Assembly: GCA_013151915.1 (NCBI GenBank)
Contig: JAADHJ010000048.1
Coordinates: 1 to 20,434, forward strand
Direction of reading: 5' to 3'
DNA length: 20,434 nucleotides
Source: Deltaproteobacteria bacterium
GTDB taxonomy: Bacteria; BMS3Abin14
Part shown: positions 1 to 8,120 of the stretch, in pieces
Position numbering within the stretch: position 1 is the stretch's first letter
Layout of the letters: each line of letters opens with the position of its first letter
Made by a program: the position numbers and the translations under genes
Notes under the pieces: model-generated
Seen by the model: the letters and a program-made list of their open reading frames with translations, nothing else
The model's database searches: none
What the model was told of the DNA's origin: nothing

Positions 1-16
1 AAGGAGAATCAAATTA

Positions 17-625
17 ATGGGGCGACCAAGCGACGCAAGGGAACGGCTCCTTGACTCGGCCATCGAACTGATCTGGAAAAAGACCTACCGCTCGGTCAGT
101 GTGGACGCAATATGTGAGCTGGCCGATGTCAGGAAGGGGAGCTTCTATCACTTCTTTCAGTCCAAGGCCGAGCTGGCGGCAGCGGCGATCCAGAACCACT
201 GGGACCGGTTCAGGCCCGAAATGGATGCCATTTTCTCCCCAACCGTCGATCCCCTGGACCGCCTCAGGAACTATTTCGACAAGATTTACAATTTACAATC
301 TGCCATAAAGCACGAGAAGGGCTGTGTGTGCGGCTGTCCCTTCTTCGACCTGGGGGCCGAGACAGCCTTCCAGGAGCCTGAACTCCTGGAAACAGTGAAG
401 GTGTTGCTTAGCCAATACTTTCGGTACTTCGAATCGGCAGTGAGGGATGCCCACTCTCTTGGACATATCCAGGCCGACGATCCTGCAGCCACGGCGCGTT
501 TCCTGTTCAATTTTCTGGAAGGGTCTCTGACGATAGCCCGGATTCACAACGATCCTGAATTATTAAAAGACCTGGCTCCCGGGGCCATGCAGATATTAGG
601 TGTGGTGGAAGAGAAACGTAGTTAA
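17..625 (+). CDS. TetR/AcrR-family transcriptional regulator
   Basis: N-terminal helix-turn-helix (TetR_N-like: YRSVSVDAICELADVRKGSFYHFFQSKAEL) followed by a ~150-aa helical ligand-binding region. AAGGAG ribosome-binding site at 1-6 precedes the ATG at 17. Confidence 0.85.
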   Translation: MGRPSDARERLLDSAIELIWKKTYRSVSVDAICELADVRKGSFYHFFQSKAELAAAAIQNHWDRFRPEMDAIFSPTVDPLDRLRNYFDKIYNLQSAIKHEKGCVCGCPFFDLGAETAFQEPELLETVKVLLSQYFRYFESAVRDAHSLGHIQADDPAATARFLFNFLEGSLTIARIHNDPELLKDLAPGAMQILGVVEEKRS

Positions 626-662
626 GACGATACGTTTGGAAATCGAGAATTTTTTTTCGCTA

Positions 663-688
663 ATGACTTGACTAAATAGTCAAGTCAT
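663..688. promoter_or_regulatory. Perfect inverted repeat ATGACTTGACTA-aa-TAGTCAAGTCAT (12-2-12), candidate TetR operator
   Basis: Read directly: 12-bp arms are exact reverse complements with a 2-bp spacer. It sits between the tetR stop (625) and the NmrA-like start (762), overlapping the likely promoter of the downstream gene. Confidence 0.6.
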
Positions 689-761
689 ATGGGTCTCCTC
701 AACGAAGGTGGGACACCGGAGGGTGGAGATCGAAGCTGTATGCAATCAAAAGGAGGTTAAT

Positions 762-1628
762 ATGTCGGATTCGATTCTGGTAACCGGTGCTACGGGAACC
801 CTTGGAAACCAGGTTGTGGAACAGTTGAGTCAGAGGGGTTACAAGGTGCGCGCGGCGGTACATTCTCCGGAGAGAGCCACGTCTCTTAACGGCAGAGCCA
901 ATGAGATAGTATCCCTCGACTTCAGCCGTCCTGAGACCTTTGAAAGGGCGCTGGACGGTATAGACAAGGTCTTTTTTCTCAGTCCCCCTACAGAAGACAT
1001 GGTGGAAACTGGAACAAGGTTTGCTGAATCGGCTAAAGAGGCGGGGGTCCGTCGCATCGTCCGCCAATCGGGCATGGGGGCTGATGCCGATCCGGGCATA
1101 ACCCTTGGGCACTGGCACCGGGGCGTCGAACGGGCAATCGAGGATACGGGAATGGAGTGGACCCACCTTAGACCGAACTCCTTCATGCAGAATTTCGTCG
1201 CCTTCATGTCACAGACGATAAAGGAACAGGGGACCTTCTACCTTCCATGGGGCGACGGCAATATCAGCCTTGTGGATGTGCGGGACATTGCAACGGTGGC
1301 GGTGGAGTCACTGACAGGCGATGGACATGAGGGACAATCATATGAGATCACAGGTCCTGAAGCCCTGTCTGGCGAGGATTGCTCCCGGATCTTTTCGGAA
1401 GTACTGAACCGGACCGTTCAGTACGTTGATGTCCCTGAAGATGCTGCCAGACAGTCCATGCAGGGCATGGGGATACCGGATTGGTACGTCGATGTCATCA
1501 TGGAGCTGTATGCTATCAACAAGGCCGGATATACAGCCGAAGTGAAAGATACTGTGGCGCGGGTTACGGGTAAAGATCCGCGTCATTTCGAGCAGTTCGT
1601 CCAGGATTACGTTGAGGTGTTCAGTTAG
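762..1628 (+). CDS. NmrA-like NAD(P)H-binding protein (atypical SDR / Rossmann fold)
   Basis: MSDSILVTGATGTLGNQVV is a Rossmann GxxGxxG N-terminus typical of the NmrA/SDR-a family. AGGAGG sits 6 nt before the ATG at 762; the track ORF from 708 is an upstream extension. Confidence 0.8.
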   Translation: MSDSILVTGATGTLGNQVVEQLSQRGYKVRAAVHSPERATSLNGRANEIVSLDFSRPETFERALDGIDKVFFLSPPTEDMVETGTRFAESAKEAGVRRIVRQSGMGADADPGITLGHWHRGVERAIEDTGMEWTHLRPNSFMQNFVAFMSQTIKEQGTFYLPWGDGNISLVDVRDIATVAVESLTGDGHEGQSYEITGPEALSGEDCSRIFSEVLNRTVQYVDVPEDAARQSMQGMGIPDWYVDVIMELYAINKAGYTAEVKDTVARVTGKDPRHFEQFVQDYVEVFS

Positions 1629-3028
1629 ATAATGCGGAAATTTTCCACCAGGGTACAGCGCCGCTGCCGTGTATAAGTGCGCGCCGAGGTTAACCCCTCA
1701 CCTGTCGGCCCGGCGATGGTGAAGGCGGTGTGGCCTTCGCCACCAAGACCAAGCCCGGCATAGGAGGGACCGTTCTTGACAAAAAGCGTGGTCTGAATGG
1801 CCCGGGCGAAGGCTGTCATGTTGTCCACATTGGTCGAGTGCATTATGGCCGTGTGCCGGTTGCCCTGTTCCACCTCTACGGCAAAATTAATTCCTTCCTG
1901 GACATTCGCCACTCGCACGATGGGCATGACGGGCATCATCTGCTCAATCCAGACAAGGGGGTGATCCTTACCGGCCTCGAATATGGCCAGCCGATACTCT
2001 TCCCCCAGTTCTATGCCCACCTCTTTGAGGATTACCTGGACATTTTTCCCGATAAAGGCGGGGTTGATCCTTCCCTCTTTGGTAACCACCAACTCTGTGA
2101 CCTTTTCCGCCTCGTCAGGTGTCAGGAAGTAGGCCTTGCCGGTTTCCTGCATGAACTTGATCAGGCAATCGACCACTTCGTCTACAGCGAGAACCTCTTT
2201 TTCACAGGTGCAGAAGATATTATTGTTGATGCTCGCTCCATCGACGATAGATTTGGCCGCATTTCGTATGTTGGCAGTTTCGTCCACCAGGACAGGCGGA
2301 TTTCCGGCGCCGGCCCCGATAGCTTTTTTACCCGAACGCAAGACCGCATTCACCGCCGCCTTGCCGCCTGTGGCCACCAGCATGTTGACCTTCGGATGTT
2401 TCATGATCTCCTTGGCCGTTTCCAAGGTAGGATGGCTGACGGAAGAGATCAGGCCGACAGGCCCTCCAACATCGACGATGGCCTGATGGAGCAGCCGAAT
2501 CATACCTGTGCTGGTCTCCCTGGCGCTGGGGTGTGGGTTGAAAACCACGGCATTTCCAGCGGCTATCATGCTGATGGAATTATGAATTACGGTGCCGGTG
2601 GGATTTGTGATGGGCGTCAGGGAACCGATAACTCCTACCGGGGCGTACTCCAGAAGAGTCAGGCCGTCGTCGCCGCTTTTGGCAACAGGTTGAATGTCCT
2701 CCGTACCGGGCGTTTTTGTGGAACAGAGAATGTTTTCCTTGACCTTATCCTCGAAACGGCCCAGCTTCGTTTCCCTTACCGCTATAGCGGACATCTTCTC
2801 ATTGTTATCAAGAGACGTTTTTCTCATGGCGGCGATCATCTTGTCCCGCTGTGCGAGGGTCATGGAAATCAACTTTTTTTGTGCCTGGACAGCGCCATTG
2901 ACGGCTTCCTCGACTGTCCGGTAAATACCATCACCATCGGGTTCGGCAACCGCAGGATTCTCCTCGCTCACGAGATTTTCCAGCACTTTCTGGATGACGG
3001 TGGTGACTAAATCCTGGTTGACATTCAT
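1625..3028 (-). CDS. pduP: CoA-acylating aldehyde dehydrogenase (PduP/EutE family) with N-terminal encapsulation-peptide-like helix
   Basis: ALDH-superfamily protein whose N-terminus (MNVNQDLVTTVIQKVLENLV) is followed by an acidic linker, as in PduP. The likely start is M30 of the track ORF, preceded by AAGGAGGAG. The upstream track extension starts with GTG and overlaps the neighbouring gene. This is the last gene of the minus-strand operon. Confidence 0.85.
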   Translation of the reverse strand: MNVNQDLVTTVIQKVLENLVSEENPAVAEPDGDGIYRTVEEAVNGAVQAQKKLISMTLAQRDKMIAAMRKTSLDNNEKMSAIAVRETKLGRFEDKVKENILCSTKTPGTEDIQPVAKSGDDGLTLLEYAPVGVIGSLTPITNPTGTVIHNSISMIAAGNAVVFNPHPSARETSTGMIRLLHQAIVDVGGPVGLISSVSHPTLETAKEIMKHPKVNMLVATGGKAAVNAVLRSGKKAIGAGAGNPPVLVDETANIRNAAKSIVDGASINNNIFCTCEKEVLAVDEVVDCLIKFMQETGKAYFLTPDEAEKVTELVVTKEGRINPAFIGKNVQVILKEVGIELGEEYRLAIFEAGKDHPLVWIEQMMPVMPIVRVANVQEGINFAVEVEQGNRHTAIMHSTNVDNMTAFARAIQTTLFVKNGPSYAGLGLGGEGHTAFTIAGPTGEGLTSARTYTRQRRCTLVENFRII

Positions 3029-3086
3029 TTTACTCCTCCTTGTTCGCGCTTCATCATCAAGTTTCGTCCGTAATATCTTTTTAAAG

Positions 3087-3668
3087 TCAGTTGCCGCAGG
3101 CTGCCAGAAAAACACCGCCGATCAGAATCTGCAGTTCCCGCCGATCCAGCGGCAAACCTTCCTTTTCAAGAGCAAGAGCCAAAGATTCCTCCAGATCATG
3201 GATCCATCCTGTATCCCGAAGGCCGGGCGTCAGAACCGATCTGAAATTTTCGGACCAGCGTTCCATCTCGACGAAAGCTTGAGTAACGGGTTCCGCGACC
3301 CGCATATCCTGTTCCACGGTTCCGCCGCTAATGCCGATGGCCCCCACAACTTCCCCATCGAACCAGAGAGGAAAACCGCCGCCGAACAGAATGATCCTCC
3401 CACCGTGCGTGTTCTGAATCCCGGAAAGTACACCGTCTGACCGGGCCAACCTGCCAAGCTCATCCGTTGGCATTCGAAGGGAAGCCGCAGTGAAAGCCTT
3501 GGAACGCGCTATCTCGGAACTGGCTGGAAGCGCCCCCTTCATACGGGCGAAAAATTGGAGGGAGCCCTCCTCATCCGCCAGGGCTATGGCCATGGGAACT
3601 CCCATATCCCGAGCGGCCGCTTCGGCAACAGCGCAAAGGATCCGGGCTATCGAATAGGGAAGCTTCAT
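3087..3668 (-). CDS. DUF336 / GlcG-like (PduO C-terminal-domain-like) heme-binding protein, stand-alone
   Basis: The motif GGGFPLWFDGEVVGAIGISGGTVEQDMRVA matches the GlcG/HbpS/PduO C-domain signature. It carries about 55 extra C-terminal residues of unknown nature. Confidence 0.75.
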   Translation of the reverse strand: MKLPYSIARILCAVAEAAARDMGVPMAIALADEEGSLQFFARMKGALPASSEIARSKAFTAASLRMPTDELGRLARSDGVLSGIQNTHGGRIILFGGGFPLWFDGEVVGAIGISGGTVEQDMRVAEPVTQAFVEMERWSENFRSVLTPGLRDTGWIHDLEESLALALEKEGLPLDRRELQILIGGVFLAACGN

Positions 3669-3681
3669 TATCTCGAACCTC

Positions 3682-4254
3682 TCATAAGGAACCCTCCAGG
3701 ATGGTTGCCAGTGCTTGATTCACCGTTGCTTCCACTTCCATGGCCCAAGCCAGGACAAAGATCAGATCCCCCAGCCGGTTGAAATAGGTGAGGAGACGTT
3801 CCGCCCTCCCCGACTCCATGTTCAGTTGAACGATGGCACGTTCGCCCCGGCGACAGACCGCCCTGGCGACATGAAGCACAGCGCTGTCAATTGAACTCCC
3901 AGGGATGACAAATCGTCCAGGCGAACCGTGGGATTCCTGAAATTCATCGATCCATTTTTCGATCTTCCTGACGTCCTCTTCACCGATGCGTTTTTTCAAT
4001 GAAATCCGGCTGTCGGGATTGGAGGCCAATTCCGAACTTGCGATGAAGATGTCCTCCTGCACGGAAAATATGACATCTCTTGCAGGATCGGACGTAATCA
4101 GGGCACGGGCGGTTCCGAGGTGACACTGGAGTTCGTCGAGAATACCATAGGTTTCGACACGCGTGTCACTCTTCCACACGGACTCACCGCTCAAAAGCCG
4201 TGTGCGCCCCTCGTCCCCTTTTCGGGTATATATCCTTTCCTCCGTGTCCCTCAT
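3682..4254 (-). CDS. pduO: PduO-type ATP:cob(I)alamin adenosyltransferase (N-terminal PduO domain only)
   Basis: IYTRKGDEGRTRLLSGESVWKSDTRVETYGILDEL matches the PduO-type adenosyltransferase N-terminal signature. At 190 aa it is the catalytic domain alone. Confidence 0.85.
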   Translation of the reverse strand: MRDTEERIYTRKGDEGRTRLLSGESVWKSDTRVETYGILDELQCHLGTARALITSDPARDVIFSVQEDIFIASSELASNPDSRISLKKRIGEEDVRKIEKWIDEFQESHGSPGRFVIPGSSIDSAVLHVARAVCRRGERAIVQLNMESGRAERLLTYFNRLGDLIFVLAWAMEVEATVNQALATILEGSL

Positions 4255-4389
4255 TGATAACCTCGCAAAAAGTCATCAACGCGCCCATTGAAGGGCGCCC
4301 AAATCGAAGATTTGTGAGGAAAGTGAAAATGACACTTTTCGCTTTCCGTGGAGTAAAAAGCCATTAACGGACTTTTTACGACCCTATCT

Positions 4390-4659
4390 TTACTGAACGT
4401 CAATTTCATCAATAATCCCAATGATCGTTGCGTCCACGGGACACCCATCATCGCCTACCGCCTGCCGGGCACCACTCCCCTGAACAACAAAGACTCTTTC
4501 CCCCACACCGGCTCCCACAGCATCGATAGCAACCAGCGTCCCACCCTGGGGTTCCTCTGTCCTGGGATCCAGCGGCTGGATGACCTGGATCTTGCTGCCA
4601 ACCAGATTTTCATGCTTGCGTGTGGCTACGACTGTCCCAATGACGCGGGCGATTATCAT
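4390..4659 (-). CDS. pduN: BMC vertex pentamer protein (PduN/EutN/CcmL family, BMC-P)
   Basis: 89 aa with the MIIARVIGTVVATRKHENL N-terminus typical of EutN/PduN. AGGAGG ribosome-binding site upstream. Confidence 0.9.
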   Translation of the reverse strand: MIIARVIGTVVATRKHENLVGSKIQVIQPLDPRTEEPQGGTLVAIDAVGAGVGERVFVVQGSGARQAVGDDGCPVDATIIGIIDEIDVQ

Positions 4660-4683
4660 GACGTTTTTCCTCCTTAACGGGGA

Positions 4684-5490
4684 TCAGAATTCCTCATTAT
4701 CAGCCATCAGTATCCCATACCGGGCGGCAAGATCCTGAGCCAAAGGCGTGAAGCGCCATTGCGGCTGGACCATGACTGCAGCACCCAGACGTTGGGCGTG
4801 GTTGATGTCAGCCGCAGTAACCAGCGGACCCGCCGGCCTGAAGACCCTTCCATGTGTATCCGGGACGCCGGCAGTCCCTTCTTCTTGAAGATTTTCCCTG
4901 CTCAGAACGGTGTTCACTGTGTCTCGCAACCTGCCTACATCGGTCAACCGGCAACCGTAGGAAACCAGAGTGTCGAGGATATTGTCCATGGCATCCCGCA
5001 GGGCCTTCGATCCTCTGTGGAAGCCCAGTTCCTTCCGCCCATAGGCCGTGGGATCGACTCCATTTCGAGCCACGATCACCGGTTTGCCCATAAAAAGGCC
5101 GTGGAGAATACAGTTCGTTGCCGTGTTGTCGGCAATGAGCATCCTGATCTTGGCAGCAGTGTTGACGCTCAGCAAAGGCACGATCACCGCCCGGACCTGC
5201 TTGAGACATCCGAGCCAGTTCGCAGTGGAAACCCGGCCCTGATGGGGAAACCCGGCCAGCCCGTCGTGTATGACCGGTGCGTACAGCTGTTCGGCAGACG
5301 TAGTGAAGACCATCCTCACCTCATATCCGTCGAGGATAAGCCGGCGAAGCTGGTTCACAACCTCGCCCATTCCGACGGTAGCTCCCGAAAAAACCGCCAG
5401 CACAATTCCCTTACTGCCATCGGCGCCTACGATCGCGGCCACTTTTCCGACAACCTCATTGACGATATTCTGTATGATGCGCCCATCCAT
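4684..5490 (-). CDS. BMC-associated protein: PduM-like N-terminal helix + flavoprotein-fold (HFCD/PF02441-like) core + PduM-like C-terminal motif
   Basis: The N-terminus MDGRIIQNIVNEVVGKV is an amphipathic helix resembling encapsulation peptides and the PduM N-terminus. The middle resembles the flavoprotein (Dfp/CoaC-like) family: LAVFSGATVGMGEVVNQLRRL...VRMVFT and VIVPLLSVNTAAKIRMLIADN...PVIVARN. The C-terminus has a TPLAQDLAARYGI motif reminiscent of PduM. Functional assignment is tentative. Confidence 0.5.
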   Translation of the reverse strand: MDGRIIQNIVNEVVGKVAAIVGADGSKGIVLAVFSGATVGMGEVVNQLRRLILDGYEVRMVFTTSAEQLYAPVIHDGLAGFPHQGRVSTANWLGCLKQVRAVIVPLLSVNTAAKIRMLIADNTATNCILHGLFMGKPVIVARNGVDPTAYGRKELGFHRGSKALRDAMDNILDTLVSYGCRLTDVGRLRDTVNTVLSRENLQEEGTAGVPDTHGRVFRPAGPLVTAADINHAQRLGAAVMVQPQWRFTPLAQDLAARYGILMADNEEF

Positions 5491-5499
5491 GATAAGAAC

Positions 5500-6390
5500 C
5501 TAGGCCATCTTCCCACTTGACCGCATTGACATGGAGGACACCTGTTCATCGAAGCAGGTCAGGGCGATTCCAAGAGGTGTCACCAGCAGTGGATTACAGG
5601 GCTGTACAACCTCCAGGCCCGTCTGGTCCTGCATCACCTGGGCGATACCTGGAAAGCAGCTGGTGCCCCCCACCAGATAGATCGTCTCAATCGAGGGAAA
5701 CCCTGTTAAGTGGCGCTTTACAATGGAACCCATTTTCTCGAAAACCGGTCGGACAAGGTGGATGATCTCCATCTGCCGGGTGGTATCGCGTTTGAGTTTC
5801 TCCGCCAGGTGGGAGTCTATTTTAAAGTTGCCCGCAAGGACCAGATCCACGTGGATGCCGCCCGTCGGTTCATCGGCTGAATATATAACCTCTCCACCCT
5901 CCAGGATGGAGATCCCCGTCGTTCCCCCACCGACATCAACCACGGCGCCATCCATGATTTCCAAAGCCCGTGAGGCTGCGCTTGGTTCATCCATCATGCC
6001 GACCACTTCCAGCCCGGCCGCCTCCAGAATATTGGAAAATGCCCTGGCATTCGGCCCGGAGGTACCGGGCGGGTAGGCGACCGCGGCAGACCGAATGGGA
6101 TAGCCGCCTTCCTGAAGGTCCTTCACCTGCCGGCGCAGGATCGCAACAGCTCCCAGGTAATCGAACACCAGCCCGTCCCGGACACTTGAATGGCTGCGGG
6201 TGAGCGCTCCAGCCACCGGATTTCTTTCGGCATCCACCACCGCCGTCACGATGTATGCTGTGCCAAGATCAACGCCTGCGGACAGGGGTCCATCGACTCC
6301 CCGCTTACCGTTCAGGTCCAGAGACAATGCGAAGGCATTTATCCTTCCATTTGCCGTTTCGTTGACATGGTTTGACAGGTTCCGGTTCAC
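5500..6390 (-). CDS. eutJ: EutJ-like actin/Hsp70-fold ATPase (putative chaperone)
   Basis: GVDLGTAYIV, VVDVGGGTTGISIL and EPTGGIHVDLVLAGN match EutJ. A GTG start overlaps the stop of the upstream gene (GTGA), suggesting translational coupling. Confidence 0.85.
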   Translation of the reverse strand: MNRNLSNHVNETANGRINAFALSLDLNGKRGVDGPLSAGVDLGTAYIVTAVVDAERNPVAGALTRSHSSVRDGLVFDYLGAVAILRRQVKDLQEGGYPIRSAAVAYPPGTSGPNARAFSNILEAAGLEVVGMMDEPSAASRALEIMDGAVVDVGGGTTGISILEGGEVIYSADEPTGGIHVDLVLAGNFKIDSHLAEKLKRDTTRQMEIIHLVRPVFEKMGSIVKRHLTGFPSIETIYLVGGTSCFPGIAQVMQDQTGLEVVQPCNPLLVTPLGIALTCFDEQVSSMSMRSSGKMA

Positions 6391-7007
6391 ACTTCTTTTC
6401 CTGTGAGGCGCTGCAAACTGGTTTCCGCGGCACTGGTAGCCCGTTCAACATCAGACTGTTTTCCACCGAGGTATAGGCGACCCACCGCACCGTAGGTCCT
6501 GCAATCCACAAGGGTGATGCGTGAGTTTTTTTCCGCCTCGTTGGCCGCGAGTGTAATGTAGGCCGCGGGTTGAACTTCCAGGATGTAAAGATCCTGCCCC
6601 GGAAGCAGCATCGAGCTGAGGCGTGAAACGTTGACCATCTGGGCGTGATAGGGGTTGACCTTGTGGATCACCTGAGAACTGAGGATCTTCGGTTTGATCC
6701 GGTCCTCGATCTTCAGTCCAAGTGTCTTCAGAACCGCTTGACCGGCGTGCTTCACCTCCTCCTGGGTCTGGGCGTGAAATTCCAGAACACCAAAGTGTCT
6801 TTCCACCACCATCATTCCAGGCTGGACGTTGGCCGATTTGAGGGCCGCGTCGGTCACATCGTTTATCTTGACCCCTGGAGATATCTCCACCAGGATTGCA
6901 GCCATCCCCGGAACAGGAATATAACCCCGGGCATTGGCCCCCATATAGGCGGCAAACTGGGGCTGTAATCGATCCAGGTACACGTATGAACGTAGTTCCA
7001 CTGTCAT
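6387..7007 (-). CDS. BMC-T shell protein (tandem permuted BMC domains, PduB/EutL-like, short form)
   Basis: Two BMC-like repeats (DAALKSANVQ..., AANEAEKNSRITLV...GRLYLGGKQSDVERATSAA) in 206 aa. The distinctive N-terminus ELRSYVYLDRLQPQFAAYMG suggests a permuted order like PduB/EutL. Confidence 0.75.
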   Translation of the reverse strand: MTVELRSYVYLDRLQPQFAAYMGANARGYIPVPGMAAILVEISPGVKINDVTDAALKSANVQPGMMVVERHFGVLEFHAQTQEEVKHAGQAVLKTLGLKIEDRIKPKILSSQVIHKVNPYHAQMVNVSRLSSMLLPGQDLYILEVQPAAYITLAANEAEKNSRITLVDCRTYGAVGRLYLGGKQSDVERATSAAETSLQRLTGKEV

Positions 7008-7555
7008 TTTTCTCTCCTTGCCGAACTATCGCCCGGCTTTCCCCTGGTCCTTTTTCCCGCAGCTCCACTCTTGCGGCCTGAAGTCTTACGGCCTGTTTTT
7101 CTTGGAGTGCTTTTTTTCCCGGCTCCTGTGGAATCCGGATCAGGTTTTTCTTTAGCAGCAGTCACGGCAACCTCGATCTCCATGGAAGCCGATTCCGCTT
7201 CGGGTTCCACGGCCGGTTCGTCTGAACTCTTCTCAGAGGGCTCAGGCTCTTCCTGCACCTTTTCGAGCTCATCCGGAGCAGTGGGCGCGGACGGTTTGAT
7301 TGGAATCTGATCGTCCGGCCGGGGGATCACGTGACTGGCAGTGAGAGTACCGATCTTTTCAGCCGCCGCGGTTCCCGCAGCCACCGCGGCCTGCACTGCT
7401 CCAACGTCACCGAGAAACTTGACCGTAACCAGCCCCTCCAGTGTTATTTCGTATCCGAGGAAAACCACATCGGCTGACTTCGTGGCCGCATCCGCCGCTT
7501 CAATGGCGGCTGTGTATCCCATGGTTTCGATAAGACCAAGGCTTCGTTTTTTCAT
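7004..7555 (-). CDS. BMC-H shell protein (PduA/EutM-like) with ~95-aa disordered acidic-then-basic C-terminal tail
   Basis: Canonical BMC domain (LGLIETMGYTAAIEAADAATKSADVVFLGYE...GDVGAVQAAV...HVIPRP). It is followed by a Pro/Glu-rich acidic stretch and an Arg/Lys/Gly-rich terminus (KKSTPRKTGRKTSGRKSGAAGKRTRGKPG). Confidence 0.85.
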   Translation of the reverse strand: MKKRSLGLIETMGYTAAIEAADAATKSADVVFLGYEITLEGLVTVKFLGDVGAVQAAVAAGTAAAEKIGTLTASHVIPRPDDQIPIKPSAPTAPDELEKVQEEPEPSEKSSDEPAVEPEAESASMEIEVAVTAAKEKPDPDSTGAGKKSTPRKTGRKTSGRKSGAAGKRTRGKPGDSSARREK

Positions 7556-7608
7556 TGGACGCCTCTACCTTTCCAGTTCAATTTTGACAACCCGCCCCGG
7601 GATGCATG

Positions 7609-8109
7609 TTACGCGTACATCCCGCCTGATGGACTTTTTGCGAGGCCATCAATTTTAGCTATGGCTTCTCTGACCAGCTGTTCCAACTGCTCCTGGGAAA
7701 ACTTGATGGGACAAAAAGCATCCGGCTCGCCATCAGATCCGTCGGCGAGGATCATGGGATTGCCCTTCACCAGACGCGCTGCGTTGGCCCCGAGGTTCCT
7801 CAAGGGTGTTTCTTCCAGGGGTCCGGGACCAAGGATGAAAAGCGGTGTTTTCTCCGGCAGATCCCGGTGGTGTAAAACCGCGAATCCCCGATCTTCGTCA
7901 ACACCGACCCCCACGCCGACCGGTGACCTGTCGGCAGCTTGTTTGGCCATGTTTTCAGGGGGACCCTGTTTCGCCTCGAAGATCTTTGCGGGAACACCCT
8001 CTTCTTCCAGGCCCAGCAGGATTCTTTCCACTATCCTGGAGCCGGAAAGCCCCGTCCCATAGATATAGACGGCGGGTTTGTCTTCAGGTTGTGCGAACCT
8101 CGGATTCAT
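7609..8109 (-). CDS. pduH: Diol/glycerol dehydratase reactivase small (beta) subunit (PduH/DhaG/GdrB-like) with C-terminal extension
   Basis: LGLEEEGVP, SPVGVGVGV and LRNLGANAARLVK match DhaG/PduH. An extra ~45 C-terminal residues contain an amphipathic helix (SQEQLEQLVREAIAKIDGL). Confidence 0.8.
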   Translation of the reverse strand: MNPRFAQPEDKPAVYIYGTGLSGSRIVERILLGLEEEGVPAKIFEAKQGPPENMAKQAADRSPVGVGVGVDEDRGFAVLHHRDLPEKTPLFILGPGPLEETPLRNLGANAARLVKGNPMILADGSDGEPDAFCPIKFSQEQLEQLVREAIAKIDGLAKSPSGGMYA

Positions 8110-8120
8110 GGCCGATTCTC

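Noticed and set aside
1730-3010. 426-aa plus-strand ORF
   Set aside because: It is entirely antisense to the strongly supported aldehyde dehydrogenase gene. The translation is low-complexity (His/Gly/Arg-rich) with no recognisable domain, a typical high-GC antisense artefact.
3029-3115. N-terminal 29-aa extension of the aldehyde dehydrogenase ORF in the track (GTG start at 3115)
   Set aside because: It overlaps the 3' end of the DUF336 gene. The internal ATG at 3026-3028 has a strong AAGGAGGAG ribosome-binding site and yields the canonical PduP-like N-terminal encapsulation peptide.
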